Below, piece by piece: positions 13,201 to 23,481 of a stretch of DNA of 44,915 nucleotides; the stretch's first letter is position 1, and each line of letters starts with the position of its first letter. Made by a program: the position numbers and the translations under genes. Source of the DNA: Nemertoderma westbladi. Its lineage: Eukaryota; Animalia; Xenacoelomorpha. Under the pieces are notes generated by a model. It was not told the origin of the DNA, searched no databases, and saw only the letters and a program-made list of their open reading frames with translations. The stretch covers positions 1 to 44,915 of the forward strand of contig JAUCBJ010001964.1 of NCBI GenBank assembly GCA_032718475.1, in the 5' to 3' direction.

Positions 13201-15631
13201 TTAACGCCATTAACTTGGGAGGTCCTTCCAAGCACTTGATGAGGAACCTAAGTTTCTCTCCGTTAGATAGCACAGAGTTCTGTATGCTGTCTTTGTAATA
13301 TTCGTTGAAAGGTAACCACTTCATCTCATCTCCATTGAATTTGACGATCTCTCCCACTTTGACTGCTTGGCAGGCTTCTGTTCTAGCCATCTGATCTTGG
13401 GCCATCGTGTTATTTAATATCGAATTATCGGTATATGAATTTCTCGGATCATTAGCAGGTCTATAGGGAATATCATTAACAACAGGTGTATAATCACCCT
13501 TAATAGGGTTTGCTATAGGAGTTTCTACTTCACTAGCAGTATAGATGCGTGTAGGCTCCACACCTTGCGCATGTAATACTTCAGACCTAACAGGTTGACA
13601 CAATGTTACAGGGGGTATTGGTATGCCCTTTTGGATATTGACTAATTTGTCGCGTTCTAGTGCGATACTTTGCTGCACTTCTTGCAACTCTGCTCTACCT
13701 TCCCTTACTGTTCCCTTAAGTTGGTGGACAGTCTCCTGCATCTGTCCGAGCAGGAGATTCATCCCCCGCCGTCCCTCCTCTACCCACTCGACCGCCGAAG
13801 CGGGAGTCGCCAACATTGTAGCGGGCTGACGTGGGACGACGGGAGACAAATCTTTGATTTCTCTCTCAGCTATCAGGACAGGGATATTCTCATGGACTGT
13901 TCTACCGGGTACAGGCAGTGTAGTACTATGTAAAGGGAATTTAGAGTTAAGCTCTGGAAGTACAGGGGTCTCTACCACAGAAGTGACTTTGGGAACGACA
14001 GGCCTAATTATTTCAGGCTCATCAACTATTGTAGGGAGTCTTTTGACCTGAATAGTTTGGTCTGTGGGTTCCGTACTACCTAAGTCTGTGCTAGCTAGCT
14101 GTCTTCTAACAGCTGGGGGCAAATCAGGCAATTTGTGACGGTGAGATGTTTTTCTACGCCTGCTTAGACGAGATCTATTTCCTCCGCCTTCAGGATCGGT
14201 GGTTTCGCTTTCCTCCGATGATGTGTATCCCTGGCGTTTGGGAGTAGATCGTCTCATCATCTGCATTTGACTAGCAGTTAACTGTTTATTTATGTTGTCT
14301 TGCGTCTCTTGCAGATTTTCCAACTCCAGTTGGGTAGTCTGCTCAGACGCTCTCCGTTCTGCTTCTGCCACTGCCTTTGCCGCCTTTCTTTCCGCTTCTG
14401 CTTCTGCCGCCGCTGCCTTTCTTTCTACTTCTGCTTCTGCCATGGCCGCCGCCTTTTGTTCCTCTATCCGTCTTTTCTTTACTTGTTCTTCTTGGACTCT
14501 AGCGAGGCGAAGTTTTTCATCAAATTTAGCTTGGTTTGCAGCTAACATTTCAGCATCAATTGAGTCCAACACACGCTGGGTTCCTTCACTATTAGGGGAA
14601 AGTCCAGACAGCTGTCTCCTCAACTCTTCGTCTCCTAGGAATCGCTGATAGTCGGACAGATAAATGTCGATGGCGTCTCTTGTTCGTGGTCTCTCTGCGG
14701 TCTCTTCGCCTTCCACTTGAGGAAGGGTGGCATCGGTTGGTTCTTCATAGGTTAGTCTCTCAGACAGCTGGGATTTCCACTGGTCCGTTTCTTGTACTTT
14801 GAGGCCTACCCGCTGGAACCAAGTTTTGACAGCAACCTGCAGCGACGTGTCCTGTCTTCTTTTGGAAGTTTCCTCAAAGGCTGATAGGATTAGTCGAATG
14901 CGTAGGGTTCTTTCGCGTACTTGATATAGCAGTTCTTCCTGCTCTTGAGGTCCTTGGGGTTGTCGAAACAGTTGTTCTTCTAATCGCTCTAAGGAGCCGA
15001 AGAACCCCTGCACATATCCTGCTGCCGACCTCTTCCAAACAGCTGGATCTATTGTATCTTTAACCACTCCCATCCTGTGTATATCTTCCCAAGTAGCCTC
15101 GGACAGATCTAACGGGAGTCCGGGTCCGGGAAAGTTCCATTGTGACTCGACAATAGACATCAATTCTTCCCTGGCGTATCCCGCATAATTATCTTGGGTC
15201 GCTCGCTTATTTCTCGCCCAGTCGGCTTGATGTTCCTCCACCGCAATCAAGATAATAGTTAGCACTGCGGCAGGAAGGGTGAGAAGGGGGTCCGAGTAGG
15301 CTTTAGCCGCCATCTGCAATCCGCTTTCGGGGGTCAGCTCGACAGTATCCGAACTACTGGAGCTATCGGATCGCTGGGAACAAGTTTCTTGAATAGGCTG
15401 TTGCTGCTGTGGGACAGCTGCTTCCTGGTTCCGTTTGACTTGGGCCCGAGTGCCGATGATAGACCTACGGTGTTGGATTAGCTTAGGGTCTGATACCACT
15501 ACTGGAGGGATGACTTTTCTTCCAGTAGGAGGTGAGCTGAACTCCTTTCTTAATCGCTCCACACTCCTATCTGTATCACAGATGGTTGTATCGATTAGAC
15601 TGTCTGACAGGTTTTTCTGAGTGTCAGACAT
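10235..15631 (-). CDS. BEL/Pao Gag-protease-(RT/RNase H deleted)-integrase N-terminal polyprotein, 1798 aa
   Basis: DUF1759-type Gag (FNGDEMKWLPF..LSNGEKLRFL); three Cys/His knuckles (CALCDGPHRLSVC, CYNCLRSGHQRRTC, CAKCGAKHHILLH); aspartic protease ALLDSGS; RNase H tail WRH..NPADIASRG; integrase HHCC and GVDLFGP; no YxDD RT motif. Confidence 0.92.
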   Translation of the reverse strand: MSDTQKNLSDSLIDTTICDTDRSVERLRKEFSSPPTGRKVIPPVVVSDPKLIQHRRSIIGTRAQVKRNQEAAVPQQQQPIQETCSQRSDSSSSSDTVELTPESGLQMAAKAYSDPLLTLPAAVLTIILIAVEEHQADWARNKRATQDNYAGYAREELMSIVESQWNFPGPGLPLDLSEATWEDIHRMGVVKDTIDPAVWKRSAAGYVQGFFGSLERLEEQLFRQPQGPQEQEELLYQVRERTLRIRLILSAFEETSKRRQDTSLQVAVKTWFQRVGLKVQETDQWKSQLSERLTYEEPTDATLPQVEGEETAERPRTRDAIDIYLSDYQRFLGDEELRRQLSGLSPNSEGTQRVLDSIDAEMLAANQAKFDEKLRLARVQEEQVKKRRIEEQKAAAMAEAEVERKAAAAEAEAERKAAKAVAEAERRASEQTTQLELENLQETQDNINKQLTASQMQMMRRSTPKRQGYTSSEESETTDPEGGGNRSRLSRRRKTSHRHKLPDLPPAVRRQLASTDLGSTEPTDQTIQVKRLPTIVDEPEIIRPVVPKVTSVVETPVLPELNSKFPLHSTTLPVPGRTVHENIPVLIAEREIKDLSPVVPRQPATMLATPASAVEWVEEGRRGMNLLLGQMQETVHQLKGTVREGRAELQEVQQSIALERDKLVNIQKGIPIPPVTLCQPVRSEVLHAQGVEPTRIYTASEVETPIANPIKGDYTPVVNDIPYRPANDPRNSYTDNSILNNTMAQDQMARTEACQAVKVGEIVKFNGDEMKWLPFNEYYKDSIQNSVLSNGEKLRFLIKCLEGPPKLMALKFIGHPEGLRQVWDTLNIRYGNKDNIAKYLYAKLVAPRHFLSSGIIEFSDEIQEICRQLDWLGKSHEYQSSMVIGAVVSTLPKGGVCTRWDKQVLYMNEQQRRSPTMADLMSFLDGEVKLQLIKQSREKTSENKVSEKPASRRRVTPVCYTDDGESQASQEEDSGKDTAKSYYDNKTYKDVSKYKSRTSDRREQVTTTPPTSPKRIHGRKPEERTRVHNVTQGKVSNIKPKCALCDGPHRLSVCAEFLKKSLVDRRTVLWNKRLCYNCLRSGHQRRTCYSDIKCAKCGAKHHILLHSEFERDKLGQVSEPELHVQFSDVNDTDQESEMEGFYTDEFSDANESCYLINTAVYRALTYEKDTNNEFPPTTFAKQPSWKAPTSNVGIREFPVVQVRVHGLNKSYIVNALLDSGSTGTFIDQELAEDIFAGQPKFRTKLNMSGIMQVWKSTLTADYYVGVLSTPQDKLGAQGIRSVKMVAIKNFATTQADLYNWDKDESIQHLKIPRFQTDYPGVQILIGQNAHEALETLEKRPAQPQPLQTYAVRTRVGWYFTGPSRRTLKERLPQQQVYQVKEWEVESSDVDDPTEGTPYSSDNDDINSNVDQWRHCLGTINPADIASRGATPQELIDNPGWLGGPDFLSKEEDEWPPHLTTAEIRQAKGAETVKPKTRASKSKLFKPTIDLSVLHTSGNDASDPQSLNTNKSVMEIRDRDWKSGIPDVSQGISPMLQRAMHHYSSWNRLCKAVTYLRRCFHHHYSRTKTTSDNAPLTSAQVHVINNLPKYKTSDRFLNEKISHQEHEETNKQILRLLQCYEDSEKYFLLLRNPQMRLRDRFSSTMIDGLIRVGGRLTNAPLSFDTKFPILIRNLEVQIKMIVDVHSKLYHAGRERVLSEIRTRYYFDKPRRALNQVLRNCIPCRKAFSRPLTQREAELPRERVSFYEPPFTNTGVDLFGPIEVYRARTIVKRWCVIFVCMTCRAIHLDMVNDLSTNSFI

Positions 15632-16959
15632 GTTTAGCTATACAGTTGAATGCTTACTGCTATAGTTACAGTTAAAGCAAGTCTAGTAATTCAGTATGAC
15701 CGTTGGCCTAGTACCGGTAATTTATTGCAGTATATGAGAATACCGGTATACACTTATAGTATATATAAGTATTGTAAACTAGGTTTGTCACAGAGTACCG
15801 GAATATAAATTTAGCACAAATATATATAAATATATAATAGGCCTATCGTGAATACCGGTATACAGCTTACACTTATAGTATATATAAGTATAATTATGAA
15901 CTAGAATTAATCACAGAATACCGGTATGATTTTAGCTCAAATTTATAGAAATAAATATAATAAGCCTATGGTAAATACCGGTATGTCAATTATTTTAAAA
16001 TAATTGAATTTCTGAATATTTTAGGGTTACTTGGTTACTTTAACTTACTTTGTTACCGTTATTTAAGCAGTAGTCCAACTGATTTTGAGACCTAGTTGTT
16101 GTATGGCAGGCCTACTATTTATAAATCGTTTGAGTTGATTTATAATATTTATACCCGTTTAAAAAGGGGTTTTGTCAATATTTGAAATAAATGTTATTAT
16201 TTCTGGGGAAGTCACTACACAGAAGCTGTGCGCTCTCAGTGAAGTGCTATTTATTGGACACTAAAACAGATTATTCTAATTTACCTAAGTTACTTAATAC
16301 TACAAATTACTTACGATACGGGTGAGATTAATTCTCTACTAAACACAACAAAAATATATTACGTACGAAATTTTAGGGTAATTTTACAGGGAAACTACAA
16401 ACCAGTCTAACAAAGGGTTAGAATTCTGGTTATTACAACGGACAGGGTACTACGGTATTTGAAAATAATAAGTAGTAGTAAATATATTGCACTGTCCAGA
16501 TAGGAAAATACCACCGCCTGACGACCTATAGCCGTATCGCTATAGGTACTACGTTATGTATCACGGAGTGTTCCTACCTAGAAGTTAATTACCGCGGACT
16601 ACCAGATCCAGCGTGCCTATTAACCACTTTATAACACAAATATACTGCCTACACACTAATTACTTTCGGAAAGCACTGTACACTAAACCCTAAATTAGGT
16701 ACAAGTACTGGTACAACAAATAATCAGTAGTTAAATATACTTGAACAGTTAAAAGAACCACGGCATCTGCTGGAGTGACTGAAGCACAAAGTCACCAGTC
16801 TTTTCCTACGCCAAGCAGCCCGTGTAGTACCGGGGTTAATTTAACTATAACGGTATGTATAACAAGCACAATTACTGTAGGAATAAACTTGGGGACATGA
16901 ATGTTGCGAATAATCGCATAAACTCTGAATAATAAATATTACGCTACCCGTACAGAATA

Positions 16960-17500
16960 CTCAAACAAATACAAACCAAAACGCTGGCAGACTACCACCA
17001 AGCCTAAATAAACTACCGTACGTGTAGATTCTGAAATGGTTAGTTAGTATGCGTTCTAACACGGTAGTATGACTTATTCTTTAAGAGGGGATTGACCTTA
17101 AAGCTATGGCTGCCCCAACTTACTAACGGCACTTTATCAGACAAACTCTACACACGCAGCAATCTCTTCAGACCTAATAATAGCTAGACAACAATCCAGC
17201 CTACAAAATATCTGAGTAATAACTATTACGGTACCTGAACAGACCACACAAACAAACACAGGCCAAAACGCTGGCAGAATACTGTCAAGCCTAAATAAAC
17301 TACAGTATGTGCAGATTCCAAAATGGTTAGTTAGTATGCGTTCTAACACGGTAGTACGACTTATTCTTTAAGAGGGGATTGACCTTACAGCTATGGCTGC
17401 CCCAACTTACTAACGGCACTCTATCGGACAAACTCTACACACGCAGTAATCTCTCCAAACCCAACAACAATCCGACAACAGTCCGGCCTACAATTATCTG
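16960..17500 (-). repeat. ~287-bp tandem duplication in the 5' leader of BEL copy 1 (counterpart at ~27190-27730)
   Basis: TTCTAACACGGTAG at 17054 and 17341 with colinear flanks. Confidence 0.85.
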
Positions 17501-17673
17501 AACAATCTGAGCAGACTTACACGTCTTCAGCTCAATATTAACTTACTAGGAAATAAAACTGACAGAAATAAGTAAACTATACAAAAGAATGAGGGGTGAT
17601 CAATCCCTATTCCCCTGGCAGCCTACAATATACAATAGATCACAATCGAAATAATACTAATGTACTTATACTG

Positions 17674-17822
17674 GAAGTACCGGTTAGGACAGTTGGGCCT
17701 ACAGACCTACAGAAGTACCGGTTCTGGCAGTTGGGCCTACTGACCTACAGAAGAACCGGTTCTGGCAGTTGGGCCTACTGACCTACAGATGTACCGGTTC
17801 AGGTTTACCGGTTGACCGGTAC
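17674..17822 (-). repeat. 38-bp tandem repeat (about 3.5 units, ACCGGT-containing) just inside the 5' LTR of copy 1 (counterpart at 26865-27013)
   Basis: GAAGTACCGGTTCTGGCAGTTGGGCCTACTGACCTACA units; AGAAG at 17711 and 17749. Confidence 0.9.
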
Positions 17823-17865
17823 TTTCAACTTTATTGTTTACTGCAATAAAGTCAATAACTGTTAT

Positions 17866-19094
17866 TGTACGCGCTTTTGAAGACCTTTAGCAGTTTAACC
17901 TGCCAAAATTTATATGTCTTTTGGTTTATAAATATACTTTAGAAGTTGACAAATATTTAATACCAATAAACACAACATTAGCAGAAGCCAGCCTAGTGCG
18001 CGTCCATTCACCCGCTGGATATTCCCGGGAGACTGGATTCTGAGGGCTTAGATTATTATTGCAGTGTAAACTTACTGTATTATTCGATTGATCGTTAATA
18101 AATAATTTCTGACTAATATTATTCACTTTCGGGAAATATTAACAGTTCCTTTAGGACGTGGCGCTCTATCTAAGTAAACAGAGATATGACTTATACTAAT
18201 CACAACGGTAAGTCGGTAAGGCTTATGATTCACGTATGAGGCGCATTCTTTAGGAAATGCTTAGTTATCAGTCACAATCATGCACACTACCGGTAACACA
18301 CAATACTGCTCACTAATTTGCCGACCGTCAATGAATTTTATCATATATAGAGAGAACAGCAACGGACCAATGTAGTGCTTATCAAATAGCATTAAATTCA
18401 CTACATACACAATAATATAAGTCGCAATCGCTATATATAACCCGTCTCTCTAACCTGTAGTGTATCAAGAAAATTGGGAAATTTGGGTTCTTTATAAATG
18501 TTCTCCAAATAATATTCAACCAAAACACAACAGTAAATAGCATTAAGACGGTAGGTTAAGATATGATATGACAAGAACTGATATGTGAGTTGGACTGTGA
18601 GTTGATAACAGTTATACGCTCTATAATCTTAAGCCTACTAATGTTTCTTCTAAAGTATGAAACGAATTGACTCTAGAGCCGGTGTTCCTGACCTAGATAG
18701 CAACAACACAACAGTATCAAGAAAAAACTGCTACTACTGTCCCTAACACCGTTGCAGGTATCTTTTTACACAGAGAGGAATAGCTCTCATTGGCAGAACA
18801 CCAGATTCCACAAGTTCCACGAATATCTAAATGCCGAACTATCAGGAATTTTGCAACCCTTGGCCAACACACAAAATGAGTCACTCCGCTCGGTTGTCCT
18901 GGTTGCATACTCTGCTGCTATAGCTCTGGTTGGCCGATAGAACATAGCAAAAAGCCCCTCGTACAGCAAATCAGCCAATCAGCCGGTCGCTTTGCATCAT
19001 TCGAGTTAGAGAGCTTTTTAGAGTATTCCAGCGCCTGGGGGGAAACTGGATTGCAAAGCAAAAGGGCCAGTTATATCCCACAGAAGCTTTTACA
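17866..19094 (-). repeat. 5' LTR of BEL copy 1 (1229 bp, TGTA...TACA)
   Basis: Reverse complement of 25569-26819 with conserved ends and a more diverged middle. Confidence 0.93.
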
Positions 19095-20030
19095 CAGACA
19101 ATAAAAAAGCAAGCACACCTCTTTACTACAATTTATGATATGGGGGTTTTCCTAGTCGCTGCTTCCATTTCTGATGTCAATTTTAATATTTGACTGACCC
19201 TAGAATGTCTGTTTGTCTGTTTTTAAGTCTGTCTGTCTGTCAGACAAAATATAAGAAGGCATGTCACCTGAATAAAATTTCAGATATGGGGTTTTCCTAG
19301 TCGCTGATTTAATTTCGAATACATGTTTTAATATTTGATGACATCTGGACTGTCTGTATGTCTATCTGTCTGTCTGTTTGTCTGTCTTTTCTGACTTACT
19401 GTCGGTCTCACAGATAAAGTATAAGTATACACATCACTTTACTATAATTTCTGATATGGGGGTTTTCCTAGTTGCGGATTTCATTTCCCATGTCATTTTT
19501 AATAATTACATGAACCTAGACTGTCTGTTTAAGTATGTCTGTATGTCTTTCTTGACAGACAGATCGACTGACAGATAAATATACATTATACAGGCATAAT
19601 AGACTCCTCCAAACAGGAAAGATAACACCAGAAATGAAATCACCGACCTTAAAAACCCCCGCAGTGAAAATTTTAGTTACGTAGTGTGATTCGTTATGTT
19701 TTTGACAGACATACCGACAGACGAACAAACAGACAGACAAACTAGATTACGTCAAATTTGAAAACTGACCCCGGAAATGAAATCCGCGACCACGTAAACC
19801 CATGTAGCAATTATTTTAGTTAGGTGGTGTATATTTTTATATCCATAATTTGTTGACAAACAGAAAAACAGACCAATAGACAGACAAACAGAAAAACAGA
19901 CAACTTAAGCTTATGATGTGATGTTAGGATTCCGATTTCTGAAATCTACGTTAAATTCTGATTTAGAATTAATAAAAAAAAAATTTCGAATATTTTCAAT
20001 TTTGGAAAAGTTCTGGGGTACCATCTCCCC

Positions 20031-20266
20031 TTAAGAAACATGGTTGTCATAATGCTGCTGTGTTTAAATTGAAATTCATTAGCATCATTCACTCGGTTAA
20101 TGATACGAGAGAGGATTGTATTCAATTTATCGTGGATAAGTTTATTTTTATTCTGGAAGTGGTATATCTTTAGAGACAATTCTCGGAAGCCTGCGGACAT
20201 TTGTGCCGCGAGTTCGGGAGAATCCGTCGTTTTTTTTACAGCCCCAGTAGTGGTAGGTGGGCCCAT
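20031..20266 (-). pseudogene. N-terminal part of the LINE ORF1-like gene that continues at 7947
   Basis: Removing 7948-20034 joins ...ATG TTT CTT AA|C TCA GAT CAG TTG GAA CAA TAC in frame (IMTTMFLNSDQLEQYGR). Confidence 0.75.
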
Positions 20267-20444
20267 AATTTGTAATTTTATAAGATTCCGGGAGTAATGC
20301 GAATTGTTATTTAATTAAGTTCGTTTATAGTCTCAGGGTCGTAAAGTCTGAAGGAAGGCATGTCACTAGGCCTAGCTGCTACATTCTTACTGCAAGTATG
20401 TAAAATCCGTATTTTAAAATAAAATCCGTAAAATCCGGAGTTAA

Positions 20445-22630
20445 TCATGCTGTTTCTCCACTTTTTGTAATCCAGTTGTGCTTTGGATCCATTAGGGTAT
20501 TGAAGGTCCATAGCTTGCCCTTATACTCTTTTCGAATGTGGTGTTTGTTGGTATCAATTCACATTTTCCATTAGGTCTAAGAGTAAGTACCCATTTCTGT
20601 TCGAACTGGTGTTATAGGTGTAACCTATACCTGTAACCTGGTGTAACCTGGGCCAATTTCTGCATTGAGGCCACCATCAATGGCTTTGATGTTATGTTTC
20701 GGAATGTCCTTTATATGTCCAGTCAGATCTTCATAAAACTTGACTGCTTGTTCTGGCTCTGAGGCATTGGTTGGACTGTAGCAATATATTACTATTGTCT
20801 TTGGATTCCCATCAAATGTTGAAATCATAACCCTGGATTTTATAGATTTGTTAGTGCATTTGACAAAAAAGACGTTTTTAACCCCTATCTTGTATATTTT
20901 CACACTCTCTGATTGTTTTTGTAGAGTATGTAAGAATGCGAGTAAGAAGCCCAGTTTGACACACTTAAACAGTAATGGTGCTAGTGTACCTTCAGAAGAA
21001 GGCCGCTCAAGTGAATCACTTTTATTCCCACTTCCCCACAACTGTATCGATTTGCTCAATGCTTCGCTCAAACTATAACAGTAATTGATCATCTATAATA
21101 TTTCACTAATATACAGAGGATGTGGCGGCACAATACAATTAGTAAATGTCTGACTAATTATTTACGTAAGGGCTCAAGTCTGGCGATTGTGTTTCCCTTT
21201 AGGGGAAACGTATTGCAACTATTTTGTATCTGTTTATATTATTATCACTACGGTATTCAATTTATGACAAACTTGCATTACAGGTCAGAAATATCGCCAT
21301 AGAGTAATTATTTATTGGGTTAGAGCGAGGTAATAAGACAACGCATATAGATCTGACAGGATTGTCCAGATTATCAATAATGTGTGGCTATAGAGAAATA
21401 CCTGGGTTTGGTATCTAGAAAATGTCTTTACACTTGATGCAACGACGATATTATATTAATCAAGTAACACAGAAGCAAATAAATTGAATTTACCAGTAGA
21501 ATATCAAATATTATAACAAATAATTATAATAATATCATTGATAAAGAACAAAATACAAACAAATGACGAAGTAATAATTCCAGTCAATTAAAGTTGACCA
21601 GGGTTTTTACTCCTTATATGTATAAATGTGACTCTACAAACAATTAACAAGTAAGAGAGTAATAGAGTGAGGTTTTGCATTGAATCTGTAGCTTTATACC
21701 CCTAAAACAATGTGCAATAACACCACCTACAGTAGACTTACAAATTCGGTATTCAAGTCAAGTTGACTATAACGACGCTAGGTGGCGTCAGGGCACAGTC
21801 AACACTCATCAGGCCACAATGAACCTTATCAATAAAAATGGAACTTTAAACTGAAATCGAGCAAAATTAAATAAACTAAAACCGCAAAGAACACTTTTGC
21901 GTTAACAAGATTTGATGTTGTTTAGGGTCTGAAGTGCAAATGGGCTTAGCAGAATTCCTACTCCACCAATTTATGCATTGGCTGCATTTCTTTCTGTTGA
22001 GCTTGTTTCTAACCATCCATTTCCAATGTCATTGTACTTCATGGCAGTGTCTTCATGACAAATCCGATGTTCTTGGATACAGATAATGTCGATGTTATAT
22101 TCCATTGCCAGAGCTACCATGTCACCTTGTTTGCGATGTGCTTTCAGTGTGCGTGTGTTCATTGTGGTGGCAATCTTTAGTGTCTTTATACATTTCAACA
22201 GGTTGGTTCTTCTTCCTTCTCTGTCTTCTGTTCCAGTAGCCGATTTTTCGACCCCAGCCTGGTGTACCACTGGGGGATGCGGTCCTTGTTGACCCGGGCG
22301 ACCACCGAGCCAGTACTTCTCCTGGAGGGTTCTCATATTCATATTATTAAAATGAGGGAGTAAACTGGTTTTGGTCGCAACTGCTACAAGCATCTTCGCA
22401 GTAGGCCGCCATTGGTTGATTACATTCCGCCGATCTTGTCTGCATGGCTAGCCGTTGGTTGATTACCTTCCGCCTGTCCATGACCTACATCCCTGCTGAA
22501 GACTATAGGAGTCCTTTTATTACAGCCTGAACCAAGTGTGCCTCCTGGGTTAGCTTTCCTAACACTGGTAGAGGAGCATTCAGTATAGACAGAGGGGCAT
22601 TGCAGATGTATGCTCAAGCCTTTGCTTCAA
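20445..22630 (-). mobile_element. Decayed RTE-clade LINE 5' fragment (APE endonuclease domain), interrupted by a solo LTR
   Basis: KIATTMNTRTL, IDIICIQEHR, GGVGILLS, IYCYSPTN, FYEDL, GGLNAEIG, NRNG and NGSKAQLDY are APE motifs typical of RTE elements; stops and frameshifts present; outer boundaries approximate. Confidence 0.8.
20849..21907 (-). mobile_element. Solo LTR (1059 bp) of a different LTR family
   Basis: TGTTA...TAACA termini; 5-bp TSD AGATT at 20844-20848 and 21908-21912; excision restores RTE frame NIKSIKSRVMI; minus-strand GGGTATAAAG TATA-like box near 21695. Confidence 0.85.
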
Positions 22631-23419
22631 TGGTGCCCTAGCACTGTAGCCCTCAATGACTTATTTAGATGATTATATAATGTAGCTGATCGTTAATTAA
22701 AGTATAGGCCTAGAGTTAAAGAATACCAAAACAATAGCCTATACAGTAAAGTGTTAACAATAAGAAACAGTTTAATTGGTGGGTTTAGGTAGGCGCGCTT
22801 TGAGAATCGGCTGTGATTCTCTATTGCGATCTGATGTTAAAGTCTTGTTCAGTGTTCACCTAAAATTTAACCTTGCTCTTTCTATTTTATCAATTGAAAG
22901 AGGAGAGTCTTATGCTCTTCTGACAATTATAAATCTTTCATTATTATTATCATTATGTGAATCTCTGCCCAAATAAGTACCTGTAGTTTTTAAGAAGGAA
23001 CTTTTGTTCCTCTGTTCTGTTGTTCTCTGCTTTCTGAAAAACGGTAGGGCTCCTACGGATTCACATCTAATTCTTAGAAAATTAGAAATCAAGGGATAGG
23101 TGGAATTTGTGACAACACCTAATAACAGTCAGCCACAGTCAAAAAATGGTTGACGCCATTACCATTATCAAAAATGGCCACAAATGATGAGAGTAACAGT
23201 ATATCACAGTCGTAAAAGTAATTCTGGCAAGTTTCAGCACCGCATATCGCTGGTAAGTCGCAGGAAAACAGTCAATCGTCTAGAGAGAACACACAAAATG
23301 TTCGGACACTCTAAATCATGAATTCAGCATTTTGCAATACAGCAATACTGCTTACCAGTTAGGCCTATTGTGCACCGAGTCACTATCCACTATCACACTT
23401 ACATAGCACGAACTTAATG

Positions 23420-23481
23420 ACACCCTCATTCAGTAACTAATCACACCCTCATTCAGTAACTAATAACACCCTCATTCAGTA
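23420..23481. repeat. 23-bp tandem repeat, about 2.7 copies (ACACCCTCATTCAGTAACTAAT[C/A])
   Basis: Direct reading. Confidence 0.85.

Larger units (their letters stand above)
8510..19094 (-). mobile_element. BEL/Pao LTR retrotransposon copy 1: 5' LTR plus internal region, RT-less, 3'-truncated (no 3' LTR)
   Basis: Reverse complement is colinear with 25569-~34185; homology stops abruptly at ~8510; encodes BEL Gag-PR-integrase motifs. Confidence 0.93.
7948..20030. mobile_element. Non-autonomous TTAA DNA transposon (Kolobok-like, GG termini), about 1.5 kb of its own sequence, interrupted by BEL copy 1
   Basis: Perfect 18-bp TIRs GGGGAGATGGTACCCCAG (7948-7965) and CTGGGGTACCATCTCCCC (20013-20030); TTAA at 7944-7947 and 20031-20034; the same internal subrepeat (TTTTC[C/G]TAGTCGCTG..TTTC) occurs in both halves (~8455 and 19147-19480). 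Confidence 0.85.

Noticed and set aside
11031-15620. Antisense ORFs within the polyprotein genes (also 29580-32622)
   Set aside because: Shadow frames of the long Gag-PR ORF, with low-complexity mirrored composition.
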